Shown one piece after another: positions 1-15,219 of a DNA stretch of 64,000 nt; position 1 is the stretch's first letter; each line of letters starts with the position of its first letter. The position numbers and the translations under genes are program-made. Under the pieces are notes generated by a model. The model saw nothing but the letters and a program-made list of their open reading frames with translations, did no database searches and had not been told where the DNA came from. Origin of the DNA: Macrostomum lignano (Eukaryota); assembly GCA_002269645.1 (NCBI GenBank), contig NIVC01003194.1:1-64000 (forward strand), read 5' to 3'.

Positions 1-1680
1 CCTTCCACATTCCTGCTGACCGTCTGCATTCTGCTAGGCCTTTTCGATGTCGTTGGAAAGGGCATAAAATTTATTGACGGTATTATCCAGCTCACAAGCC
101 ATAGAAACGACTGCTGGCTTCCAAATTTCTGGTGGACACTTGACAAGTTTGTGATTCCATTCCTACAAGTCGCGTTCACTATACTCCAAACCATATTCTT
201 CGCAGTGTGTGGCAACCGAAGTCCAAACAAATTTTGCTATTTTATTCTCCGTTCTAATGGCCCCTCTAATCGCCACCAACTTGGCGTCTTGGTTCTCAAG
301 CGTTAACTCTGAAGTTCTGGAACACTTTAAGAATCATAATCATTCAAAAAGCAATAACTCTGTGGCAAACACAATTCTGCCATATATTTTTCCATGTAGC
401 GCTGAATACTCCATTCTCTGCACCATTTTCGGCCTGTTCTGTTGGATCAACATCGGGCATTTGGCTAAACTGTTGCGCGAGCATCCTGTTAATAATGGAG
501 ACGATTTGCAGCAACTGCTGAGCCAAAATTCGCACGATCGTGCAGTGGTACCTGACACTGTGGCTCACTATTGGTGCGGCTTGGGGTTGGGCCTGTTCCC
601 AACGACAGCTGCTATCATTTCCATCTTATTTTTCTCGTCTCTTAACCAGACGGATCGAGACATCTTATTCTACAGTGTTCTGATGGGCTTGCACTTTGCC
701 AATACGATGCTTTGGTTTTTTTTCTTAGGGTTGGTCATCAGAATCAGAGCTCCACCGATCAGCAGCCTCGAAGAAGTCACGGAATCGACATCTTACTGTT
801 GTGCACTGCTGCAGTATGCGACACAGTCTACAACCTATTTTTATTTGTATACAACGTTAAGAGCATTGGAGATCCACACAAGTTAATTTCGATGGTTCAT
901 CCGCCAACAACTCGCGCTCCATTCATTGCGGCTTTGGTAGATCTGGTATTTTGTATTGCAGACAGCGGCTTGCAATTAATAGTACTGATTCTGGCGCTCA
1001 ACTACTGGACATTCCGTGCCAATTCAAATCTCAACGGGCTAAAGCAGTGTTCGGTCGCCATGATGCTAATAAACTTCTCACAGTGGCTGATGTTCACTTT
1101 TTGCAGCTCCGAAATGATCGTCGACACAGCTTCTGTAAAGACTGGGATCCCATCCGCAACGCTATTTGTGTCAATGCTGTGCTCACCGTTCTCAATATTT
1201 TACAGATTTCACAGTGTCGGCTGCTTATACGAGATCAGAGGACACCTGGCACAGGTGGAATTGACGCGAGGAAATACGACCAACCATGGTACTAATCGCC
1301 ATCACGATGCTACTGGCAGCCATCATGATGCTGCTGTCAGCCATCACGATGCTGCTTTCAGCCATCACGATGCTGCCGATGCTGCTGTCAGCCATCACGA
1401 TGCTGCCGATGCTGCTGTCAGCCATCACGATGCTGCTGTAAGCCATCACGATGCTGCTTTCAGCCATCACGATGCTGCTTTCAGCCATCACGATGCTGCT
1501 TTCAGCCATCACGATGCTGCTTTCAGCCATCACGATGCTGCTTTCAGCCATCACGATGCTGCTTTCAGCCATCACGATGCTGCTTTCAGCCATCACGATG
1601 CTGCTTTCAGCCATCACGATGCTGCTTTCAGCCATCACGATGCTGCTGTCAGCCATCACGATGCTGCTAGCATTGTGTGA
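1..1680 (+). pseudogene. otop: Otopetrin-family proton channel, copy 1 (5' end outside the window; two frameshifts; His-rich repeat tail)
   Basis: Motifs LIATNL, FPCSAEYS and IFYRFHSVGCLYEI plus many hydrophobic helices. Frame 1 from base 1 aligns with copy 2. Relative to copy 2 there is an ~8-nt deletion near 225-235 and a 1-nt deletion near 708. It could be an assembly error rather than a true pseudogene. Confidence 0.8.
1298..1668 (+). repeat. 21-bp coding minisatellite (about 17 units) encoding (S)HHDAA(F/V)
   Basis: Unit cagccatcacgatgctgcttt, in frame with the otopetrin C-terminus up to the stop at 1680. Confidence 0.95.
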
Positions 1681-2364
1681 TTTACTGGGTCCCTCGAGTA
1701 CTCCAACTTGAAGCACCCAGACTAGTGGCAAGATGGTTTCACGATAAGTTTGCATAAAAATGCAAAGTACACCAATTTGATTGCTAGATTCCTATACATA
1801 CGGAATGGATATGCCAAGATTCTCAGTGAATTCAGAGTGCTTTAGTTTTCCCTTGCGTATAAGAACTAGCAAAAATTACAGACTTTAACCGTTACAAATA
1901 TGAAATGTTTTTTACAATAGCTTTTTTCTAATTTTAATGATAAAAAAATCTTGTAACCACTTTTTAATGCTTTTATCTTTTAAAAGGATGTTCACCAGAA
2001 GACTTTTTACTATGATTACTATTTTTTAACTGTCTCGAACTTGTTCATTCAGAAACTCTGTTTAACTTCGACTTTTTTGTTTGCGTACTCTTCTATTTAT
2101 GTTTATTACAAAGTTAACTATAGATATAGATTTGAGGCTGCTTGCCATGATACAATAAATATGGTAATAAATTTTTTTCCATTTTTCTGTCCATCTAAAA
2201 CTTACTTGCGCTGCAATACTCAATATTTATGAAATAGAATTTCGCTATAAAATGGTCAAATTATCTTTGACCTAATTATGCGTCACTGCTCGGATCGAAT
2301 AATTAATTATTTTTTTAAAACTGATTTTTTTCACTTCGGGCTTCCCGGATGTTTCCGTCATTGA

Positions 2365-3200
2365 CTCATTGCATCAAAAGCTCTCACAGCCGCGAGTTGA
2401 AGCCTGAGGGCCAGCAGTTGAGCAGGTGGGGATTTGCCTTGGCACAGAGGAGCAGCGCATGCAGTGCTGAGGAATAAAGATGAGCAGCCTCAGCACCATT
2501 GAACTGATGAAGCGTCAGTTGGAATGAACTCGGGTCTACTAGTTAACCAGCCAGACATTTGCTGCCAGATATTTGCCAGCCAGACATTTGCCAGCCAGAC
2601 ATTTGCTGCCAGACATTTGCCAGCCAGACATTTGCCAGCCAGACATTTGCTGCCAGACATTTGCCAGCCAGACATTTGCCAGACAGACATTTGCCAGACA
2701 GACATTTGCCAGACAGAAATTTGCCAGACAGACATTTGCCTGACAGACATTTGCCTGACAGACATTTGCCAGCCAGACATTTGACAGCCACTGCGGGACC
2801 TACTGAAGGCCAAGAATGACTTCGTCTGGAGTCAGCAGCATGATGAAGCGTTCCGAAAGATAACGAGAGAGCTGAGCAGTGTCCCTACGATTTCCTTTTA
2901 TGATCAACTTCTTATCTACCTCTCTTATCTGCATTGCACACGGATGCTTACAGACCAAACTGTCTCCCTTTACCCTGAAGCAGAAGCAGAGCGGCTGCTC
3001 ATGGCGAGTCATCCAAGCCGGCTCAAGATTAGTATCGGAAATCGAGCATCGCTACGCAATGATCGAGCTTGAACTGCCGGCTGTTGCTTGGGCAGTGAAA
3101 AGAGATGTCTTTTTCTCAAAGGATCTTAAACAAATACACTTTGGACCAGATCGAAAACCAAAAGTGGCAGCTACTGTCTCTAAGGCCATACTGCAGAAAG
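2365..3200 (+). mobile_element. Degenerate Ty3/Gypsy pol fragment (RT thumb/connection and RNase H)
   Basis: Translates across frameshifts to PLRDLLKAKNDFVWSQQHDEAF and WRVIQAGSRLVSEIEHRYAMIELELPAVAWAV, typical of the Gypsy RT-RNase H region. Confidence 0.8.
2548..2790. repeat. 15-bp minisatellite (gacatttgccagcca) expanded inside the Gypsy pol fragment
   Basis: Direct periodicity; the several overlapping ORFs here are repeat artefacts. Confidence 0.95.
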
Positions 3201-3206
3201 CATGGG

Positions 3207-3408
3207 AACAACAACAACAACAAAATACGTTGTCAGTCAGTCAGCAGACAACGTCACAAGGCACGTTTCAAGGCCTGGGCGCGAACGCAGGCCGCACCGC
3301 CGGCAGTGTCCGGGGCGCCGGCATCAGCCAGCAGGCAGTCGACGAAACGCCAAGTGCGCGCCTGCCCCCGCCGGTAGCGTGCCTGCAGCGTCAGCAGCAG
3401 CACCTCCT
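3207..3408 (-). mobile_element. RTE-like LINE, 3' end with (TTG)n tail
   Basis: (aac)n tract at 3207-3223; sequence matches the LINE 3' ends at 34141-34330 and 63360-63540. Confidence 0.8.
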
Positions 3409-5422
3409 ATAAAAGTTAGAAATCTGAAGTTTTAACCCTAAGTTAGAAGATAGAAATTTATGAAATGCACAGGCGCAGTGAAGGGCTGAAGAGTTGATTC
3501 GGGAGGTGATCAGTCTCCCGAAAACTCCCACTTCCAGACACTTAAGCCTGGAACAAATTTAACGTGTTCACTTACTGTGGCGGGCTCTTCTTCTGTGTCG
3601 GGCAGGTTCTCCGAGCTCGTTCCTTGTTTCTTCCTTGTGGCGCGCGTTTGTAGAGTTCGCTTCTTCCAATCTTCTTCTTCTCCGGAGGAATCTTCTTGAA
3701 GTCTTCGAAGTCCAAAGTCGGCCGAGAGTGAGAGCAGAACAGTGAAGTCGACGTTGATATATCACCTTGAGTGCGGGATTCAGTACGTTCCTCGAGTGCC
3801 AAATCAATATCGACAGTGCGCCCTAATAAACTCAAATTCTAACGCGAGGTCCTCCAAAGGGGGCGTCTTCTTCTAGATCTAACGGAATCGGAGTCGTGTT
3901 CTCCTATCGGTTAATCTAGGATAATCCAAATCAACCGTCAATAATCCTCTAAGGTATCGGAATCGGTCCCCAGATCCTATCCAATCCCTTAGGAAAATGG
4001 AGGCCTCCAATAGTCTCAGTAAAGTCAGTGGATCAAAAACCGGCCGGCCGGCAATAAAATCGCTCTTAATTAATCAAAATAACGAAGACTTGAACAACAC
4101 TTCTCAATTGACACGCTTCTCTCCCAGAGATTTAGCCTCGATTAGTTGCTCTAACTAACAACAAGATCTTTTGAGGCTGCTCCGAGTCTGAGGTTTCAGC
4201 TCGGATTTTACGCTTATATTTATAGTCGAATTTTTGGTATATACTTAGTAGCGCGACTCATATTTCATCAGATTTCAACTTATTTCATCATATTTCACCA
4301 TAGTTGCAACGTATTTCACCATAGTTGCAACTTGTCTCATGCTTCGTGGTACGTTGTATTCACTGTCTTAAAGTAGAGTATAAAAATTTGCAATTTTTAT
4401 AACATTCAAGTTTTTCGCATTTTTATGTTACTACTTACAGTAGTCTACTTGTATTGTTTCTGGAGATCTCTACAGGGCGAGGCAGAAGAGCACAATGGAA
4501 CCCCTAGATAGCTATTAGAGGGGCAAACAGAAGCAGCTTTAAGATAATTAATCAACTGTCAAGTGAATTTAAATAGCCGAATCTAATAAAGCCCCTTTTC
4601 ATTCCAGTCAGTAGCGTCACCCCGCCGCAGGCACAATGGCGCTCAAACCGGCTGGGAGAAGCAAGCTGAGCAGCGGCCTGACTTAGAGAACAACGCGGCA
4701 CGCGGCAGACTTTGGCGCACCCTGAGGGAGAAAACGTGAGGCCCACCTACAGATTCCTACCCAACCTGAACCGACCCAAGAAGGCGAGATCAACCCCAAA
4801 CAGCTTGACAACCGAGAGGACTGTTTAATCATCAATGGACAGAGTTAAGAGACGGAAAATTAAGCTCTTTTTCTATAATCTTTCTATCCCAAATTTTATC
4901 CAACTCAACACATAGATTTGCGAAACCCCGAGTAAACTCTAACCCTCACACTTAGCAACCTACTAGAACTAACTAAATTCGTGTACAACTAGGGGACTGA
5001 GTCCCGGATTTTTATTGCTTAAAACCCCCCCCCCATTGCTAACCACGCGAAGACACCCCACCGCGGCGGGGGAGGTCAAAAATTCTAATTGGTATAAATA
5101 GACGCCCATCTCAAACTGGAGCGGCGCTTCGTTTTTTCTTGCGCAGTTTTCGATCTCGAATTGGTCCCTTTGAATTGGTCTCTGGATTATCCAGTTGGCA
5201 CAAATCTAAGTCTTCAATACAGTTATTTGTCTTAATTGTCACGCAGAGCATATCCGAGAAAGAGTCAAACTCAGCTTAGATACTAGGAGATCCCGTCAGT
5301 TTATACGGTTTTCTCTGACGGCCTGATTGAAGAGATTAGAGCTGTAAGAACCTTAGACCGCTAGACATCTATCTTACGAAAGTGAGAACACAAACTCAAA
5401 GGCCCCAGAGAAAAATGTGTAT
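3409..5422. mobile_element. Unclassified ~2-kb insertion that splits the LINE, flanked by a 7-bp target-site duplication
   Basis: acctcct at 3402-3408 and 5423-5429; the LINE resumes exactly after it. No TIR or TG..CA ends. A related sequence lies at about 61655-62290. Confidence 0.6.
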
Positions 5423-6022
5423 ACCTCCTGCACCGGCTGTGGGCAGTACTCGCTTGTAGCCGACCTTGAAGGCGGCGCGTGTGCTGCATCGACCAGCTGT
5501 TCGAGCGAATCTGTCAGCATCCAGGTCTCGGCGTTATACATTACAGGTACAACAGAACGGTCTCGATCACCGCCTGTAACAACGCCGCCCTCTGGCGGTC
5601 GGGCAGGGCCTCAGAATGCAGGACAGCCTTCGCGGAACGGAAGGCAGCCCAGGCAAGTCCACTACGACGTCACAGGTCCTCGCGAACGTCAGGCACCAGA
5701 CAAACTGCTGAGAGCACGGAAGCTTTTTCACCTGCTCGTCGACGCCTCGGCAGAAAATTGCAACCTCGATGTCGTCCGGCACGCAGAGCACGACGGTCTT
5801 CTGTATGTTGACTACCAGGCCGACGCTCGCCGCAACGCTCATTAGCCGGTCCAGCTGGCGTTGGCCGCCCTCGACAGTCGAGGACAGCAGGGCGAGGTCA
5901 TCGGCGTAGCCAAGCACACTGAGCCGCCTTTCCGGTTGGTGTCGACCCACGCGTCGCTGCAGCAGGAAGCTATCGTTGTCAGAAGAGAGGGCAGTCCGCA
6001 GCACCCAGTCAAGCACCATGCA
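5423..6022 (-). mobile_element. RTE-like LINE reverse-transcriptase fragment (continuation of 3207-3408; 5'-truncated)
   Basis: VLDWVLRT...LSVLGYADDLALLSSTVEGGQRQLDRL (YADD motif). Confidence 0.9.
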
Positions 6023-6039
6023 AGGACGACTAAAGTAAC

Positions 6040-7204
6040 ATATCTACTTAAGTAGTCCTTGGCACCAGGACGGACAGAAACGGCGCAATCGTATCCCTCT
6101 GAGCATGGAAGTACGCTCTTGATGAAAAACTAATGCTGGTTGGAAAGGGATTACTGATACCGAGAGTGATAGGACGAGAGGTGCTCGAACACCTGCAAAG
6201 TACACACCATGGAGTAGCAAACTGAAAGAGAGCGGGCATGTCATTTTTGTCCTGGCATTGAGAACGACATTTTGATTGTAGCAAAACACTTTGTAAGATG
6301 TAAGGACCTTCCGAGTCAACAGAAGCAACCAATGCAAAGGAGAGAAGAGCCCGACATAGTAGGGAAGAATTTCCTGGTGACAGCCAACATAACACGCCAA
6401 CATACAAAATTATAAATTCCTTGAGGCAGCGATTTTACCAGAAGGAGTTTCTGACGTCATTTCGAGCGACAACGGACCGCAATTTGCGGCAAAGCCATTC
6501 CAGCGATTCCTGGAGCGATGGGAAGTCGAGTGGGACGTCATCTCCAAGCTATCCAAAGCCGGTCATCTCAAAGGCGGAGGCCGCAGTGAAAGCCATGAAA
6601 AATTTATGAGAGGCAGCTGGAATCCAGACTACGTGAGCCAGACTGGGAGCAAACTGAGAAAACAACTCCTGATCAACATCAATTCACAACGATACGAAGG
6701 CCAGTCACCAGCACAGTCTTCGAACACCCGGTCAAGGACACTTTACAGGTTCACACAGGCATGCGTTTGCCAAGGAATGACAAAAAGCAGCTAATGGAGT
6801 AGAAGCAGGGGCGGGCACTTTCCAGGCAACAACACTGCATAACATCTGAAAAGGAGTTACGTAAACTCAAGGTGGCTGACCGTGTGGCAATTCAAGACTC
6901 ACAGACCAGGAAGTGGGACCGCAACGGAATGATCGTTGAATTAATGCGAACAATGACTTCCTATTCGGACAAACCAGTGGAAGAGTCCTGTGCAGGAACC
7001 AGAGATTGCTGGCGAGGCGATTGCCAGTGAGGGTTGAAAAGCGACAAGGGAAGCCAGAACTACAAGGCGGGCGCAGAGCTAGGGTCCAGAGGAATCGAGC
7101 AGAACAAACCTCGAATCAGGAGACCCCGGAGAGGATCCAAGTCGAACCCTTCACAAAAAGTCTTACACTGCTTACGTGAACAATTTGATTTAAATAAGGG
7201 GAGA
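6040..7204 (+). mobile_element. Degenerate Gypsy integrase region with polypurine tract
   Basis: LLIPRVIGREVLEHL (Zn-binding region), DVISSDNGPQFAAKPFQRFLERW (rve core), and purine run aaggggaga followed by TG at about 7205 (probable 3' LTR start). Confidence 0.75.
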
Positions 7205-8409
7205 TGAGGGCTGCTGAATTAAAAGGGTGAGATTTTGCATTGTTTTACTCGTATTTTTTAGACGACATAACTAAAAAAATGGATTCAAGCTCTCAGGTGA
7301 GAGGGCTAAGTTTTCTGTTTGCTCAACTCGCATCGCAACAAGAGAATTTGTCAGTAGGGAATCTGGCAGTTTGGGAGTTCTATTGAGACACACCGCATCC
7401 ATCAGGTGCGCAAAGTTACGGATAGATAAATACTTAAAGAAACTAAAAAATCATATTTACATTTTTCATATTTACAACGCAACACTGCAGTCGCACAACC
7501 CAACCACGGACAGAAAATGGCTGCATAGTCAATATCTTTTGGAAAGAAACAGAAAACAGTGGCTCCTGTCAATACGGACCACATCAGATTCAATCTACAC
7601 CTCTGTTGCGCTGCAGCTCTTTCCAAACAAATTCAACCTCAGGGAGTTGTTTTACGAACTGCGTCTTAAGACTGACTCGTAAGTTCCAACTTAGACTCGA
7701 ACTTAAGACTGAGCCGTAAATGCGTTTTACAAACACTTAGGAGTCACTTCCAACCTCGATCTTAGCTAAGGTCGAGCTTTGGTTGTGGACGAGAAAGTTT
7801 AAGATTGGGTTGACCATGGACTAATTCCGCATTCCGCGTGGCGTCAAACTTTAGCCGTTTTATATATGCCTTATTTTAGCCAGCAGAGACACGGTCACGA
7901 CTTATAGTACTTCTTGTTCATTGAGTTTATTTTGCATTGCAAATCACATTCGAATGGCTGATAAAAGAAGACCTAATTTTAGTCAGAAAGAGATTGAGAA
8001 ATGAACGTCGTCCCCAGCGGTTGACGCCAAACCCGAGGAATCCTTTGCATCTTAAGATTGAGCTTTGGTTCGTAAAACACCGCCCAGATGTTGAACTTCC
8101 GGTCAACCGGAAGCTGAGAGCTACAAAACTGCATTTGGTGCGATGCCCCTGATCGCGGCGGGTTCTTCTGCTGCATCTCAAAACAAGAGACTGCGCTGCT
8201 TTATCAAAGTTAGCCATCTGCAGGACTGACCGGAAGCGTTCAACCGTTTGTAACTTGGTTTGGGGCTGCCCTCAGTAAATCAATGCTGCAGATTTGAATG
8301 TATATTTGGTGCTAGAGAGAAGGCTTTCTCAGCCACAGCTGCGCAACTGCTCGAGAATTTTGTATCTGAGGAAAACTTTTGTGCATGGAGTGCAAAGTTC
8401 ACCGATTCC

Positions 8410-8978
8410 TCTTTGCCTCCCTGACTCCTATCTGCATCCCTGACTCCTCTCTGCATCCCTGACTCCTCTCTGCCTCCCTGACTCCTTTGAACTGAGCTGC
8501 GGACTCAGTGGGACTCCATGGGACTCTTTGGGACTGAGCTGCGGACTCAGTGGGACTCCATGGGACTCTTTGGGACTGAGCTGCGGACTCAGTGGGACTC
8601 CATGGGACTCTTTGGGACTGAGCTGCGGACTCAGTGGGACTCCATGGGACTCTTTGGGACTGAGCTGCGGACTCAGTGGGACTCCATGGGACTCTTTGGG
8701 ACTGAGCTGCGGACTCAGTGGGACTCCATGGGACTCTTTGGGACTGAGCTGCGGACTCAGTGGGACTCCATGGGACTCTTTAGGACTGAGCTGCGGACTC
8801 AGTGGGACTCCATGGGACTCTTTGGGACTGAGCTGCGGACTCAGTGGGACTCCATGGGACTCTTTGGGACTGAGCTGCGGACTCAGTGGGACTCCATGGG
8901 ACTCTTTAGGACTGAGCTGCGGACTCAGTGGGACTCCATGGGACTCTTTGGGACCGAGCTGGGGACTTAGTGGGACTC
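8410..8978. repeat. 20-bp repeat (about 4 units) followed by a 42-bp minisatellite (about 11.5 units)
   Basis: Units cctgactcctctctgcatcc and gggactgagctgcggactcagtgggactccatgggactcttt; an unexpanded homolog lies at about 10920-11010. Confidence 0.95.
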
Positions 8979-9014
8979 CTTCAGCTCTGCCTCCCCTCCA
9001 AGAAGGTTGTTTCT

Positions 9015-11125
9015 ATCATTGCATCAAAAGCTCTCACAGCTGCGAGGTGAGCAGGTGGGAATTGGCCTCAGCACAGAGGAGCAGCGGATACAATGCTGGG
9101 GGATAAAAATCGGCAGAATAAGATTGGCACAATAAAGATCGAACTGAAGCATCAGTGGGAATAAAATTGGGTCTACTCCCAGTTATCCGCCAGGCATTTG
9201 CCAGACATTTGCCAGCCAGGCATTTACCCACCAGACATTTTCCAGACATTTGCCAGCCAGGCATTTACCCACCAGACATTTTCCAGACATTTGCCAGCCA
9301 CGCATTTACTCGCCAGGCATTTGCCAGACATTTTCCAGCCAGGCATTTACCCACCAGACATTTTCCAGACATTTGCCAGCCAGGCATTTACCCACCAGAC
9401 ATTTTCCAGACATTTGCCAGCCAGGCATTTACCCACCAGACATTTTCCAGACATTTGCCAGCCACGCATTTACTCGCCAGGCATTTGCCAGACATTTGCC
9501 AGCCAGGCATTTACCCACCAGACATTTTCCAGACATTTGCCAGCCAGGCATTTACCCACCAGACATTTTCCAGACATTTGCCAGCCACGCATTTACTCGC
9601 CAGGCATTTTCCAGACATTTGCCAGCCAGGCATTTACCCACCAGACATTTTCCAGACATTTGCCAGCTAGGCATTTACCCACCAGACATTTTCCAGACAT
9701 TTGCCAGCTAGGCATTTACTCGCCAGACATTTGCCAGACATTTGCCAGCCAGGCACTTACCCGCCAGACATTTTCCAGACATTTGCCAGCCACGCATTTA
9801 CTCGCCAGGCATTTGCCAGACATTTGCCAGCCAGGCATTTACCCACCAGACATTTGCCAGACATTTGCCAGCCAGGCATTTACTCGCCAGGCATTTGCCA
9901 GACATTTGCCAGCCAGGCATTTACCCGCCAGACATTTTCCAGACATTTTCCAGCCAGGCGTTTACCCACCAGACATTTTCCAGACATTTGCCAGCTAGGC
10001 ATTTACTCGCCAGACATTTGCCAGACATTTGCCAGCAAGACATTTACCCGCCAGACATTTGAGAGCCACTGCGGGACCTACTGAAGGCCAAGAATGACTT
10101 CATCTGGAGTCAGCAGCATGATGAAGCGTTCCGGGAGATGACAAGGGAGCTGAGCAGTGTCCCTAAGATGACCTCTTATGATCAACTTCTTATCTACCTC
10201 TCTTATCTGCATTGCACTCGGATGCTTCCAGACCAAGCTGTCTGGACCGCTTTACCCTGAAGCAGAACCAGAGCGAGTTTCCAAGCCGGCTCAAGATTCG
10301 TATCGGAGGCCGAGCGTCGTTAAGCAACGATCGAGCTTCAACTGCTGTCCGTTTCTTAGACAGTGAAAGAGAAGTCGTCTTTTTCTCGAAAGATCGAAAC
10401 ACTTCGAAATAGTAGTCGAACACAGACCGCTGGAGCCGATCTCAAATAAGTACGCTTTGGACCAGATCGACAACCCAAGGTTGCAGCGACTGTCTTGGAA
10501 GCCCTACTAGAGCTTGCGTAAGAAGCTCAATGTTGAAGAAGAACTAATACTGGTTGGAAAGAGATTATTGATACCGGGAGAGATGAGACGAGAGGTGCTC
10601 GAACACCTGCCAAGTATGCCCCATGGCAACGCCATTGAGAATGTAGCAAAGCACTGAGTAATATGCCAGGAGAATTCCTTCCGAATGAGCAAAGGAATCA
10701 TCTTTAGGCCAGATCGACAATCCAAGGTTACAACTACTGTCTCTGAGGCCATTATCTGAGGCCACGTTGAGAAGTTAGCAAAGCACTGTGTAAGATGCCA
10801 GGAGGACCTTCCAAGTCAGCAGAAAAAGCCAATGCAAAGGAGAGAAGAACCTGATAGTGTTCCAGCACCTGAAGCATTGATCTGCACGAATTTTGAAGGA
10901 AAATTTTCTGGTGACTACTGACTCCTATCTGCCTCCTTGACTCTTCTCTGCCTCCCTGAATCCCTGACTGAGGACTTTGAGATTCTTTGGGATTGAGCTT
11001 CGGACTACTTAATATTTTTTGGGAGGAGCAGATGGGCAGCCTCAGCACCATCGAACTGAAGCGTCAGTTGGAATGAACTTGGGTCTACCAGTTTGCCAGT
11101 CAGACAGTTTGACAGCCAGACATGA
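9015..11125 (+). mobile_element. Second degenerate Gypsy pol segment (RT end, RNase H, integrase Zn region) with a partial tandem re-start
   Basis: Colinear with 2365-3200 and 6110-6390 (cattgcatcaaaagctctcacagc; gccactgcgggacctactgaaggccaagaatgac; gagaggtgctcgaacacctgca). Confidence 0.75.
9190..10062. repeat. 41-bp composite minisatellite (about 21 units)
   Basis: Unit gccagccaggcatttacccaccagacattttccagacattt, at the same Gypsy position as the 15-bp array at 2548-2790. Confidence 0.95.
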
Positions 11126-11598
11126 ATTTCGCAGCCTCACAACTCACAAACAAGGCACACATGGGAGAACAGCTCAGCGTACAAGTGCAGTGCAAGCTAA
11201 AGTTATGAAACTACATGAAAATTCACTTGGTGACAAACTTTTACATCGGTTTTCATTCTGATATACATCACTTGTGAGCAGTAAATGGCTCATCGATCGG
11301 TGCGCACATGACCTGAAGAAGTTGCAAATTCAAATTCGGGTGAAAATGTCATGCAACACTGGTTAGTCAGACATCAGTTTTAATGCAAAAAGTCCGGCTG
11401 GCAAATGGCTGCTTGGCCAACAGAAATCTCCTAAATTCGCTGCAAATTTGACATCAGCTTAATGATAGAAAAAAAAAATAAGTAAAAAATCCATCAAATT
11501 GCCCGATCTCAAAGTACATCATGACGCCAAGGCCATGAAGGCAGCAACCCATCGGTCCAACGGGAGCTGCATCTGGCACTCGGTTCAGGACATTCTCA

Positions 11599-14794
<3,196 letters not shown>

Positions 14795-14859
14795 AGTAGC
14801 TCAGTCCACCTGATCTAGTGAGAGAGATACCCTGTGCTGGGCCTAAGTGTTTACGCCCG

Positions 14860-15219
14860 ATGACTCATCGCCTGAGCAGGCGTGGGCAGCCACACTCAAT
14901 GTCTTCCCACTCGCGCTGAAGAGGCGTAGCAGGATGACTCATCACCTGCGCGGAGTGCAAGGGCTGCCTAGAGGGAGTAAACAGGATGACTCATCCGCCC
15001 ATGTTCTATTTTTAGCACAGAAAAACACGTGACTGTGCACGCATGCTGTGCGTGGCCACTGACCTTGGGTCACGCCACTGCCGCGTGACGGTTGCCTTAT
15101 TTGGAAGTTGGCCTTGGATCACGCGTCGCTCGCATGATTTTTGTGACCAAATAAGGAAGTTTCACGCGCTCACCGCATGAAACTCACGTGACTTTTGGGG
15201 GTCCGCTCGGCTATAAATA
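14860..15219 (+). promoter_or_regulatory. Candidate enhancer/promoter: three palindromic AP-1 sites, two E-boxes and a TATA box
   Basis: ATGACTCAT at 14860, 14934 and 14986; CACGTG at 15026 and 15185; TATAAATA at 15212. Confidence 0.45.

Noticed and set aside
7640-8300. Possible Harbinger-like terminus and ORF fragments
   Set aside because: No matching second TIR or identifiable catalytic motif.
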